Shown one piece after another: positions 1 to 8,063 of a stretch of DNA of 59,212 bases. A program made the position numbers and the translations under genes. The number at the start of each line of letters is the position of its first letter. Positions within the stretch are counted from its first letter, which is position 1. The stretch lies in contig JACPLQ010000001.1 in NCBI GenBank assembly GCA_016186435.1, positions 1 to 59,212 on the forward strand, read 5' to 3'. The notes under the pieces are model-generated. The model was not told where the DNA came from. It was given only the letters and a program-made list of their open reading frames with translations, and made no database searches. Source of the stretch: Candidatus Nomurabacteria bacterium. GTDB taxonomy: Bacteria > Patescibacteriota > Minisyncoccia > Phycocordibacterales > UBA9973.

Positions 1-2455
1 GGAGAATGCTTGGGTCACCTGCCACCTCTTCACGACTCGGTATACCGAAATAGTAATTTTGTTCCATGGGTGGTAAGTCCTGCAAATCGTCTAAGTCGCC
101 TTCGACCAGTGCATCGCGTAGGTCTTCTGCGGTCAAGTCCAAAAATGGCAAAGATAGGAGATTCCTTGGTTTTTTTACCCTGTTTATATTTTCTGCTGTA
201 TGCACATCGTCAATATCAAGAAAATGAGCAGGCTGTTTCCAGAATTGTATTACAGCTTCAGTAGATATATTGGGATGAAAAGCAAGTTTTTCCACAAAAG
301 CGCGCAGGCGCGGAGAAATATCGCCTTGATTCAATTCATCCATAATTTTCGTGCGTCCCAGAAGCTGGTTAACTTCGTAAAGTTTTTTTAGGTTTTTCCA
401 ACTGAAAAATGATTGTCCACTTTCTACATCTTTTGCTAATTCCTGTAAAGTTTCTACATTGGAATATTTTTGTATCTTTTGAATAATTTCTTGCGGAGAA
501 GTTTTTTCCAGTGCAGTGCTTACCGTTGCAAAGAAATGATGGGCTGAATTGCCTTCGTAGAGTGCGCCGTCCTTAGCGACCTGAAGGAGTATGTTACTAC
601 CAAATTGCGCAGGCGTGAGTCCGCTTTGTTCTTGAAGCTTTAAAATTGTCGGTATAAAATAGAGCGCATCGTGACGGGAGAGATCCGGCCGATTCATATA
701 CTGAAGCATCGTTTCAGAGCCAAAGCGCTCGACCCCGAGTTTCAAAAAGTCTGCAATGGTATTATCTTCACCTTCGGTTCGTAGAAGTTTTTCGAGTTCT
801 TCTATAATAAGTTTTGGGCTTGCTTCCGGACCCTCAAAAGCTGGGTTAGCTAAATTTATATTCAAATATTCTTGAGGAGATAAAGGAGTATCTAAGCGTG
901 CAGTAAGAGCTTGTATAGCTAATTCATCATTATTTTTATCCTCAGATAGCAAGTAGTTATAGGCAAATTCTTTAAATTCCTTACTACTTACTATTTGCCT
1001 AGGAATTGAATCAAAATCAAGAGCATTCATTACTTCGTGTATGAATGGTGTATCGTCTAGAGTAAAATCACTCCTAGCAACAAGCCCCTCTTGATTATTA
1101 AGAGCAAAAATAGTGCCTAACTTAGCATCAAAATGTGCTTGAAATGTCTCGCTCAGTGCTAAAATTGTACCAAAATCTTTTCTTCGTACCAATAAAACTA
1201 CACCTTCCTTGATTGCAGTTTGTACTTCTGGAGATTTTTCAAATTCATCATCATAGAGATCAAATTCGTCATTAGTATATAACATTACAGCGCGACTACC
1301 GTCATGTTTTAAAATATTTATTATTGACTTTCGAGCTACTTCTTTTACTTGAGAAATATTTTGCAGATCACTACGCTCACTAAGAAACTTAAATCCTCTG
1401 ATATTATTTTCATAGTCCTCACTATTAAATAAAAACAAAAGAATTTTTTTAATAAGCGATTCATTCCTGGGAATTTGGTTTATAAATTTTAGGACTTCAT
1501 CAAAATTGCTTTTTTGTAATAAATTATCTAAATATCCTTCCAAGCCGATTTTAAAAACATTTAAGTCTTTGGCTGATGCGTGATGAGTAAATTGTCTCTG
1601 TTCGTCACCATAACCATATTGGAAACACTGTTGTGCCAAACCAATCGCTTTTTCTTTGACCTTTTCTGATTGTAACGTATCTCGTGTTAGAAAATTATGT
1701 GTAAAAAACATAACATCGTCATAAGAGCGTCCTTTTAAAAAAATAAATAATGTATGCGTAAGATTTTTTTGAATTTCAGGAGACTCAAGGAAGTCGTTTT
1801 GTAGATTGAATAATTTTAAGAGTTCTAATACTAAAGGTTTTGGTCCTAAAAAAAATTTATCAGTTACCATGGACGTAGCGATGTCAGAGATAATATTTTT
1901 AAAATCTTCTATAAATCTTTGTGAGTAAAAAAAATTTTCACAAATTTCTTTTTCTATCCATGCCTTCTCATGTGTTCTGGATTCGAAATTATGACACCAG
2001 AAGTTTGGAAATTCAAGATACGACAGCATTCTTTCTTCTGCGGCTTTCTGTAATATATCTTTCGGAAGTTGTATTTGATTTTTAAATTCAATAATTGCCT
2101 CGTGAGAGTCACATCTACGAATACCTTTTATCATTGAAACGCTAAATTTTTCATAGGATTTAATTATTTCATCAGAAATACCAAATTTATTTCTAATAGT
2201 CAACGCAGAGCCGAGCTCCCCAGAATTAACGAGATTATAGAAACCATTTATAGCGGCAATTTGAGCTTCTGGCGAACGAAGGAAATTTTCACTTAAGTGA
2301 TCAAGGGCTGAATCAGACACCTTTCCATAGTTTAATAAGTGAATGACATGAAGTTCCTCTGCTTCATTGTAATTTTTTACCCCTCTATACTTTACTATGT
2401 TCTTTATTTCTTCAGCTTCTTTCTGCGCTTGTTCTAATGAATATCGTTCTTTCAT
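1..2455 (-). CDS. Large hypothetical protein, at least 818 aa, with degenerate helical repeats; runs off the window edge and is absent from the ORF track
   Basis: Manual translation from ATG at 2455 (MKERYSLEQAQKEAEEIK...) finds no stop codon down to position 2. Recurrent motif: FLRSPEAQ, FLESPEIQ, FEKSPEVQ. Confidence 0.85.
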   Translation of the reverse strand, partial: MKERYSLEQAQKEAEEIKNIVKYRGVKNYNEAEELHVIHLLNYGKVSDSALDHLSENFLRSPEAQIAAINGFYNLVNSGELGSALTIRNKFGISDEIIKSYEKFSVSMIKGIRRCDSHEAIIEFKNQIQLPKDILQKAAEERMLSYLEFPNFWCHNFESRTHEKAWIEKEICENFFYSQRFIEDFKNIISDIATSMVTDKFFLGPKPLVLELLKLFNLQNDFLESPEIQKNLTHTLFIFLKGRSYDDVMFFTHNFLTRDTLQSEKVKEKAIGLAQQCFQYGYGDEQRQFTHHASAKDLNVFKIGLEGYLDNLLQKSNFDEVLKFINQIPRNESLIKKILLFLFNSEDYENNIRGFKFLSERSDLQNISQVKEVARKSIINILKHDGSRAVMLYTNDEFDLYDDEFEKSPEVQTAIKEGVVLLVRRKDFGTILALSETFQAHFDAKLGTIFALNNQEGLVARSDFTLDDTPFIHEVMNALDFDSIPRQIVSSKEFKEFAYNYLLSEDKNNDELAIQALTARLDTPLSPQEYLNINLANPAFEGPEASPKLIIEELEKLLRTEGEDNTIADFLKLGVERFGSETMLQYMNRPDLSRHDALYFIPTILKLQEQSGLTPAQFGSNILLQVAKDGALYEGNSAHHFFATVSTALEKTSPQEIIQKIQKYSNVETLQELAKDVESGQSFFSWKNLKKLYEVNQLLGRTKIMDELNQGDISPRLRAFVEKLAFHPNISTEAVIQFWKQPAHFLDIDDVHTAENINRVKKPRNLLSLPFLDLTAEDLRDALVEGDLDDLQDLPPMEQNYYFGIPSREEVAGDPSIL

Positions 2456-2694
2456 AATAAAATTATAAGTTAAATAAATGCCTATGTCCAACCCGCCCGC
2501 ATCCCTACTACAGAATCCTTGTAAATGTGGATAACCCTTAATCCTCAACGATTTTGGCATTTGAATTTCTTGAATTTCCGTATTTTAGATATCTTTAACT
2601 TTTTCTGCATACTAATAGACACACTAAGTCTAGATAAGTGAGGTAGTAAGGACAGTCCTGCACTGTACTTGCTACAGTCCTTGCTATACATAGG

Positions 2695-2722
2695 CACTCG
2701 GGTCACCCCGATACTAAATTGT
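2695..2722. repeat. Imperfect direct repeat, copy 1 (CACTCGGGTC-acc-CCGATACTAAATTGT)
   Basis: Matches 3944-3970 (CACTCGGGTC-tt-CCGATACTAAATTGT). Each copy abuts a tRNA 3' end on the minus strand. Confidence 0.8.
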
Positions 2723-2724
2723 GT

Positions 2725-2748
2725 TGGCGGTGGCGGGCGGATTCGAAC
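2725..2748 (-). pseudogene. tRNA 3'-end remnant (T-loop, acceptor strand, CCA)
   Basis: Minus strand reads GTTCGAATCCGCCCGCCACCGCCA. No matching 5' half of a cloverleaf upstream. Confidence 0.6.
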
Positions 2749-2882
2749 TACTCGGGTCGCACCTCTCGGGCGTCTTCTGAAATATAGGTTTTTTGAAAGA
2801 TATTTTTTCTTTGCAATCAAAGCTTGCTTTTATTTGCTTAATCTAATATAATCTCCTATAGCTAGTGTATTAGATTAGCAAT

Positions 2883-3938
2883 ATGAATTACAATAAACAC
2901 ATACAAAATATACCACAAAATCTGTGGGCAGTCATCAATAAAATTGACGAGCTGAAGGGCCGGTGGATTGGCGGAGCAGAAATAAATCCGCAGGCGCTTG
3001 GACGATTAAAGCGTTCTGTTTTAATCACTTCCACTGGAGCCTCAACTCGCATAGAGGGAGCGAAACTTTCAGACGAAGATATTGAGAAAATGATGCACGG
3101 ACTTTCCATGCAAAAATTCGCGGATCGGGACAGGCAAGAAGTTCAAGGATATTACGAATTGCTCAACAATGTTTTTAACTCCTATGACAAAATTCCTTTT
3201 TCAGAAAGTAGTATTCAGCACCTTCATAAAGAACTTTTAAAATATGTCAAAAAAGACGAACTGCATCGGGGTGAATACAAAAAAACGGAAAACAGAGTTG
3301 AGATGATAAATGAAGTCGGTGAGTCTGTCGGAGTATTGTTTGATACCACGCCTGCCTGGCTCACACCAAAGGAAATGCAGGAGTTGATAGAATGGACCAA
3401 AGAAGCTCTTGTTCCAAAAGAAATTCATCCACTATTGGTTATTGCTAATTTTCTTGTAGAATTTTTAAACATTCATCCGTTCCAAGACGGTAATGGGCGA
3501 CTTTCTCGTGTACTCACAAATATGTTAATGTTAAAAGCTGGCTACGCATATATGCCATATGTTTCGCATGAGAAGTTGGTTGAGGATAACAAAGCCGAAT
3601 ATTATGTAGCTCTCCGAAAAAGTCAGAAAACTTTAAGAACAGAAAATCAGAATATTACTCCGTGGCTGGAATTCTTTTTCAATATTATACTTACCCAAGC
3701 AAAACAAGCGATTGAATTATTGTCAAAAGAAAATATTGAGAAACTTCTCTCACCAAAACAGCTTTTGGTCTGGCAATACCTTCAAAAAGTTACAGAAGCA
3801 ACCCCAGGAGAAATTTCAAAAGCTACCAAAGTTGCCCGTCCAACCGTATCACAAGCGCTCAATACTCTTTTGCGCTTAAAAAAGACGGAACGAATCGGAC
3901 AAGGACGAACGACGAGGTATAGAAAGAAAGAAAATTAA
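2883..3938 (+). CDS. Fic family protein (AMPylase) with C-terminal HTH
   Basis: Canonical Fic motif HPFQDGNGRLSR; C-terminal wHTH-like segment (TPGEISKATKVARPTVSQAL). Confidence 0.92.
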   Translation: MNYNKHIQNIPQNLWAVINKIDELKGRWIGGAEINPQALGRLKRSVLITSTGASTRIEGAKLSDEDIEKMMHGLSMQKFADRDRQEVQGYYELLNNVFNSYDKIPFSESSIQHLHKELLKYVKKDELHRGEYKKTENRVEMINEVGESVGVLFDTTPAWLTPKEMQELIEWTKEALVPKEIHPLLVIANFLVEFLNIHPFQDGNGRLSRVLTNMLMLKAGYAYMPYVSHEKLVEDNKAEYYVALRKSQKTLRTENQNITPWLEFFFNIILTQAKQAIELLSKENIEKLLSPKQLLVWQYLQKVTEATPGEISKATKVARPTVSQALNTLLRLKKTERIGQGRTTRYRKKEN

Positions 3939-3943
3939 GAGAC

Positions 3944-3970
3944 CACTCGGGTCTTCCGATACTAAATTGT
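3944..3970. repeat. Imperfect direct repeat, copy 2
   Basis: See 2695-2722. Confidence 0.8.
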
Positions 3971-3975
3971 CTCTG

Positions 3976-4060
3976 CGGAGGGTAGGAGATTCGGACTCCT
4001 GATGGATTGCTCCATACGTCGTTTCCAACGACGCGCACTAGACCGCTATGCGAACCCTCC
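3976..4060 (-). tRNA. tRNA-Ser(GGA)
   Basis: Acceptor GGAGGGT/ACCCTCC; anticodon arm CGTCG-TTGGAAA-CGACG; long variable arm; G discriminator; T-loop TCCGAAT; CCA not encoded. Confidence 0.92.
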
Positions 4061-4196
4061 GTACCTTAATAATCTAACCTATTTTTGCTAAAAAGAAAGC
4101 GATACGGTTCCGGTTGCCAAATTCAAACAAGGTAGTAGAATGAAAAAAAGACGAACATTTGGGCACTTTTTCATTATAAATTAACCACAAAATGCC

Positions 4197-4832
4197 ATGA
4201 AAACAAAAATTTTTAGCATTTTATTTCTCGGCGCGGTATTTTTTTGGGCTGGCGACGCCCTAGCCAACAACAGTAATTTCTATACCGGCAACGTCTGCAA
4301 TTTCACTCGCGACATGGGACCGGGCACTTGGGGTGAAGACGTTCGCTGTCTCCAGCAATATTTGAGCGCGGCCGTGTACGGCGGTTCCGGCTACTACGGT
4401 ATGCCCTACCAGAACTATCTCATTGCGGACGGCTTTTTCGGTTCCATGACCGCGCAGGCGGTCATGCAATGGCAGAGAAGTCAAAGCCTTCAGGCTTCGG
4501 GGTATTTCGATGCCGCGTCGCGAGCAAAATATTTTGAGCTGATGGGCGGCTACGGCGGGACTGGCGGCGGAGGTTTCTACGGCATAAATCCGGAAGAAGA
4601 TCGGGCCCGACAAAAGATAGACGAAGCGCTCCGGATGATGGAAGACGCGCGGGACGAGATTGACGATTCCAATCGTAACACAAGTGACGCCGAGGATAGT
4701 TTGGAAGATGCCGAGGACGACATGCTGGACGCGGTGCACGAGTTCTTCGTGAATCGGGATTTTTCGGAAGCGTATGATTTGGCGCGAGACGCGGAAGATT
4801 TGGCGCAGGATGCCATTGACGAGGTGAACTAA
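4197..4832 (+). CDS. Secreted peptidoglycan-binding domain protein with acidic helical C-terminus
   Basis: Signal peptide ending ALA; PG_binding_1-like DVRCLQQYL...ADGFFGSMTAQAVMQWQ...GYFD; D/E-rich tail. Confidence 0.8.
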   Translation: MKTKIFSILFLGAVFFWAGDALANNSNFYTGNVCNFTRDMGPGTWGEDVRCLQQYLSAAVYGGSGYYGMPYQNYLIADGFFGSMTAQAVMQWQRSQSLQASGYFDAASRAKYFELMGGYGGTGGGGFYGINPEEDRARQKIDEALRMMEDARDEIDDSNRNTSDAEDSLEDAEDDMLDAVHEFFVNRDFSEAYDLARDAEDLAQDAIDEVN

Positions 4833-4896
4833 AGAGAAATTAAACTACATATTGTTTAGTCAGGACAAAAATCGGGAGATTTGCTAAAATATCCCA

Positions 4897-5817
4897 GTGG
4901 ACGCGCAGACGGTTTTAACTGTTTTGTTTGGAATAATTGTGACGGGATTTCTAATTTTAGATCTCGGTTTTTTCAATCGCCAGAGCCATAAAATAGAATT
5001 TAAACCCGCGCTATATCAGTCTATATTCTGGATAGCTATATCTTTGGTATTCGGATTTCTGATTTATTTATTTATCGGCAAGGTGATGGCGGTGGAGTTT
5101 TTGAGCGCTTATGTTACCGAAAAAATGCTTTCCGTGGACAACCTTTTCGTCATCATGCTTCTCTTTAGCTATTTCAAACTGGAAGAAAAATATCACCACC
5201 GAGCGCTTTTTTGGGGGATACTCGGCGCGATAGTCTTCCGCGGCGTTTTTATCGTTACCGGCTCGATTATTATTAGCCAGTTCCACTGGGTGCTTTACAT
5301 TTTTGGCGCAATACTTCTTTATACCGGCGTGAAGCTCTTGGCGGAAAAGAAAGAGGAGCATATTGATTTTCGTAAAAGCCGGGTCATCCGCCTGGCGCAT
5401 AAAATTCTGCCTTTTACCGCCAATCACCACGGCGGCAAATTTTTTCTGCGCGAGAATGGCAAATTTTTCTTCACCTCCCTTTTCTTGGTGGTGCTCATGG
5501 TAGAGGCGACCGATATAATTTTTGCAGTGGACTCCATTCCGGCGGTATTCGCCATTTCCCAAAATCTCTTCGTGGTGTTCACCTCTAATATTTTCGCAAT
5601 TCTGGGGTTGCGGGCTCTTTTCTTTCTGATCGAGAACATACTGCACCGCTTTCACCACCTGCAGAAAGGGCTGGCGATAATTCTCGTGTTTATCGGAGCC
5701 AAAATGCTATCCGATATATTCGATATCCATATTTCCTCTTTCGCGTCGTTTGGAGTGATAATGTTCGCGCTGGTCGCATCGATTATTCTTTCGATAATTT
5801 TCCCTAAAAAGATATGA
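4897..5817 (+). CDS. TerC/Alx family membrane protein
   Basis: Motifs EKMLSVDNLFV, DIIFAVDSIPA and FTSNIFAILGLRALFF; multiple TM helices. Confidence 0.92.
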   Translation: MDAQTVLTVLFGIIVTGFLILDLGFFNRQSHKIEFKPALYQSIFWIAISLVFGFLIYLFIGKVMAVEFLSAYVTEKMLSVDNLFVIMLLFSYFKLEEKYHHRALFWGILGAIVFRGVFIVTGSIIISQFHWVLYIFGAILLYTGVKLLAEKKEEHIDFRKSRVIRLAHKILPFTANHHGGKFFLRENGKFFFTSLFLVVLMVEATDIIFAVDSIPAVFAISQNLFVVFTSNIFAILGLRALFFLIENILHRFHHLQKGLAIILVFIGAKMLSDIFDIHISSFASFGVIMFALVASIILSIIFPKKI

Positions 5818-5839
5818 GGTTTGATATATAATGTGATCA

Positions 5840-5902
5840 ATGCTTTCCAAAACTACGTTTGCGCAGGAGTATAAAAAGCTAAACAAAGCCCAAAAAGAGG
5901 CG
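5840..5902 (+). pseudogene. Orphaned 5' stub of a UvrD-like helicase gene
   Basis: FAQEYKKLNKAQKEA (5858-5902) versus FTEEYKKLNFAQKEA (9091-9135): 12/15 aa and 34/45 nt. Both are preceded by TATAAT-N7-ATG. Confidence 0.75.
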
Positions 5903-5944
5903 AATAATTTGACTTCTATTTATAAGTTGTTAATATATACATAT

Positions 5945-6136
5945 ATGACGACTATAACAATTCCCCAAAATTTAATGAACGAAAAAGATTTAATGATTGT
6001 TCCGCGCTCAAAATACGAGAGACTTTTGGCGTATTTAAAGATTATCGGAGAAGATGAAAATTTGTGGCGTAAAACCTCAAGAGATAATTTTTTAAAATCT
6101 TACAATAAGTCAGATATGGTTTATGACGAAATATAA
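5945..6136 (+). CDS. Putative type II antitoxin
   Basis: Small ORF overlapping the downstream toxin; resembles the antitoxin at 15512 (I.IP..L....DLM.VPR..YE). The longer ORF-track start at 5840 includes the helicase stub. Confidence 0.7.
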   Translation: MTTITIPQNLMNEKDLMIVPRSKYERLLAYLKIIGEDENLWRKTSRDNFLKSYNKSDMVYDEI

Positions 6137-6446
6137 ATTTGGAGACGTTGTTTTGGTTATTTTTTATCAAACAGATGGCAGTCGAAAACAACGTCCAGCA
6201 TTAGTCGTTCTGGATATCGGAGACGACGATATCACCTTAGCGCCAATCACAACTACTGAAAGAAAAAGCAAGGGAGATTATAAAATAAAAAATTGGGAAC
6301 AATCGGGTTTATTGCTTAGTTCCTGGGTAAGATTGGCGAAAATCTCATGTTTGAGTAAAAATGATATTCATAAAAAACTTGGAACTTTTAGTCGGGAAGA
6401 CAAGAAAGCAGTAGTTTCTGTCTGGCGCAAATTATATAAATTTTGA
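6123..6446 (+). CDS. PemK/MazF family toxin
   Basis: FGDVVLV...KQRPALVV...LAPITT...LLLSSWVRLAKI pattern. Confidence 0.88.
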   Translation: MTKYKFGDVVLVIFYQTDGSRKQRPALVVLDIGDDDITLAPITTTERKSKGDYKIKNWEQSGLLLSSWVRLAKISCLSKNDIHKKLGTFSREDKKAVVSVWRKLYKF

Positions 6447-6456
6447 TTCATAAAAT

Positions 6457-6485
6457 TTGACAAAAATGCAGTTTGGGTGTATGAT
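6457..6485 (+). promoter_or_regulatory. Sigma70 promoter for the DGR target gene
   Basis: TTGACA-N17-TATGAT; AAGGAG RBS upstream of ATG 6583. Confidence 0.75.
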
Positions 6486-6582
6486 ATATAAAGATGTGCG
6501 GGAGACACCTGCAACGTTTCCGGCGATTCCGGAATATACCTGTGAGCAACAGGTGAATGTCATTTAAAAAGGAGAGAATCCT

Positions 6583-7200
6583 ATGAACCCGTTCGAGAGG
6601 TTGTTCAAACTCTGGGCCATGATCTGTAAGATGATCATGGACGGCGTGCGCGACGCCGAAGAGGTCGCGAACATTCTGCAGGGCATCGTGGACGGCCCTG
6701 CGAATGTGGCGAAGAAGGTGGTCCGCCGCCTGCGTCTGACCCGCATGCTGTTCGGCGGTGTCGTACTCTCGGCCACGACGGGCCGAGAAGTCGAAACGGC
6801 GAAAGCCGTTTTCGACGGATACTGCGACCCCGCTTTTCTCGAGGGGGCCGAGAATGAGCAGCCGGAAGGCGAGTGCGCGCTCGACGTCGAGGAAATTATG
6901 GTAGATGGAAAGTATCGTCAGATCTTCGGCGGGTTCGGCCGCGACCTCGACGAGCTCGCGATGAGCCGGTCGCGAATCACGGCATTCTGCCGTGACCATC
7001 GCGACAAGCTCCGGGGCGGCGGCTATGGGACTTTCCTCCTCTTCAAGAGGCAGAAGTTCTTCTTCGTTGCCGGCGTGTACGTCGACGACGGCGGCCAGCT
7101 CAACGTGAGCGTCGACCCGCTCTCGCACGACGACGTCTGGTACGCCGAGTTTCAGCTACGCATCGTGGTTCCGCAGTCCCTTGGATCCCCGAGCGCGTAG
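6583..7200 (+). CDS. DGR target (variable) protein with C-terminal VR
   Basis: 3' end (7060-7173) matches the TR except at adenines; GC-rich relative to its neighbours; ends ...RIVVP-QSLGSPSA. Confidence 0.92.
   Translation: MNPFERLFKLWAMICKMIMDGVRDAEEVANILQGIVDGPANVAKKVVRRLRLTRMLFGGVVLSATTGREVETAKAVFDGYCDPAFLEGAENEQPEGECALDVEEIMVDGKYRQIFGGFGRDLDELAMSRSRITAFCRDHRDKLRGGGYGTFLLFKRQKFFFVAGVYVDDGGQLNVSVDPLSHDDVWYAEFQLRIVVPQSLGSPSA
7060..7173 (+). repeat. DGR variable repeat (VR)
   Basis: 114 nt ungapped alignment to 7542-7655; 13 mismatches, all at TR adenines. Confidence 0.97.
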
Positions 7201-7259
7201 CTCGGGTGCCGGAGGTCACCACCTCCCGCTGGATGGAAACATCCAGCGTTTTTTATTTT
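7188..7259 (+). terminator. Three tandem hairpins after the VR; the last has a GAAA loop and T-tract (terminator and/or DGR homing hairpin)
   Basis: CCCGAGC/GCTCGGG 7188-7206; GGAGGT/ACCTCC 7211-7226; CGCTGGATG-GAAA-CATCCAGCG 7227-7248, then TTTTTTATTTT. Confidence 0.8.
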
Positions 7260-7541
7260 GATTCTTTAATACTTAGAAACTTTGTTTCTTAAATTTTTGA
7301 TATACTATATATGCAATTTGGAAATGTCTGCGGTCACGCACTTCAGGCCATGATTGCTTAAAATTTAATTCGAGAGTTTCCGTGGCCAAGGCTTCGGGAA
7401 GAGTGAATTTCTTTTTAAAACAAAAAACATAAAAGTTGGTGGGGTGAGCTCGAGGGGTTATATACCCCCGTATAAAATACAGCACAATCTTTCACCTAAA
7501 AAATGTCAGGCTGGCAGTGCCACAGATGGCGCACCCTACAT

Positions 7542-7655
7542 TTCTTCGTTGCCAACGTGAACGTCGACGACAACGGCCAGCTCAACGTGAACGTCAACCC
7601 GCTCTCGAACGACAACGTCTGGAACGCCAAGTATCAGCAACGCATCGTGGTTCCG
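7542..7655 (+). ncRNA. DGR template repeat (TR)
   Basis: Nine AAC codons in the VR frame; 29 adenines; invariant 3' end CGCATCGTGGTTCCG shared with the VR. Confidence 0.97.
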
Positions 7656-7669
7656 AAACTATAATGTTT

Positions 7670-7700
7670 CTCCCCGGTTTACTTCGGGGAGTTTTTATTT
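7670..7700 (+). terminator. Hairpin plus T-tract just downstream of the TR
   Basis: CTCCCCG-N8-CGGGGAG then TTTTTATTT; overlaps the avd stop on the opposite strand. Confidence 0.6.
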
Positions 7701-8062
7701 TCCAAATTTTTCTCTATGCCTTTCTTCCAACCGCCGAGCATTCTGCCGATTTCTTCTAATTGCTCCGAGAGAGCAATATATTTTTCATTTTTAACGCATT
7801 TGTTTTCCCAAGCAATCTGCAGGAAAAATTTTACCCCATCTAGCTTTGAAATTGATATAATCAATCTGGGTATTTTTTGGGTAGGAGGCAGATATATAGA
7901 AATGAAAATATTTTCCAATAGTCCGAGAAAATAATCTTCGATTTTTCCACCCAGGATATAGCGGTGCGCCTTCGGAAAGTCGTTGTAAATTTTAAACCAG
8001 AAAGAATAGGCAATTTTTGCTTTTAGAAGCGCCGATGGCGCTGCGGGGGGGGGTCTTAGCAA
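7679..8062 (-). CDS. avd: DGR accessory variability determinant (Avd-like four-helix bundle)
   Basis: FPKAHRYILGGKI and LEEIGRMLGGW motifs; 127 aa; lies between the TR and RT. Confidence 0.88.
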   Translation of the reverse strand: MLRPPPAAPSALLKAKIAYSFWFKIYNDFPKAHRYILGGKIEDYFLGLLENIFISIYLPPTQKIPRLIISISKLDGVKFFLQIAWENKCVKNEKYIALSEQLEEIGRMLGGWKKGIEKNLENKNSPK

Positions 8063-8063
8063 T

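Noticed and set aside
2545..2851. Short ORFs on both strands upstream of fic
   Set aside because: They span the tRNA remnant and repeat and show no protein-like features.
6448..7128. 226-aa minus-strand ORF and similar antisense ORFs (4260-4739, 10173-11216, 26310-26750, 37659-38375, 54489-55169)
   Set aside because: Shadow frames of well-supported genes on the other strand, with no recognisable motifs.
7517..7759. 80-aa ORF (RQR-rich)
   Set aside because: Off-frame translation of the TR running antisense into avd.
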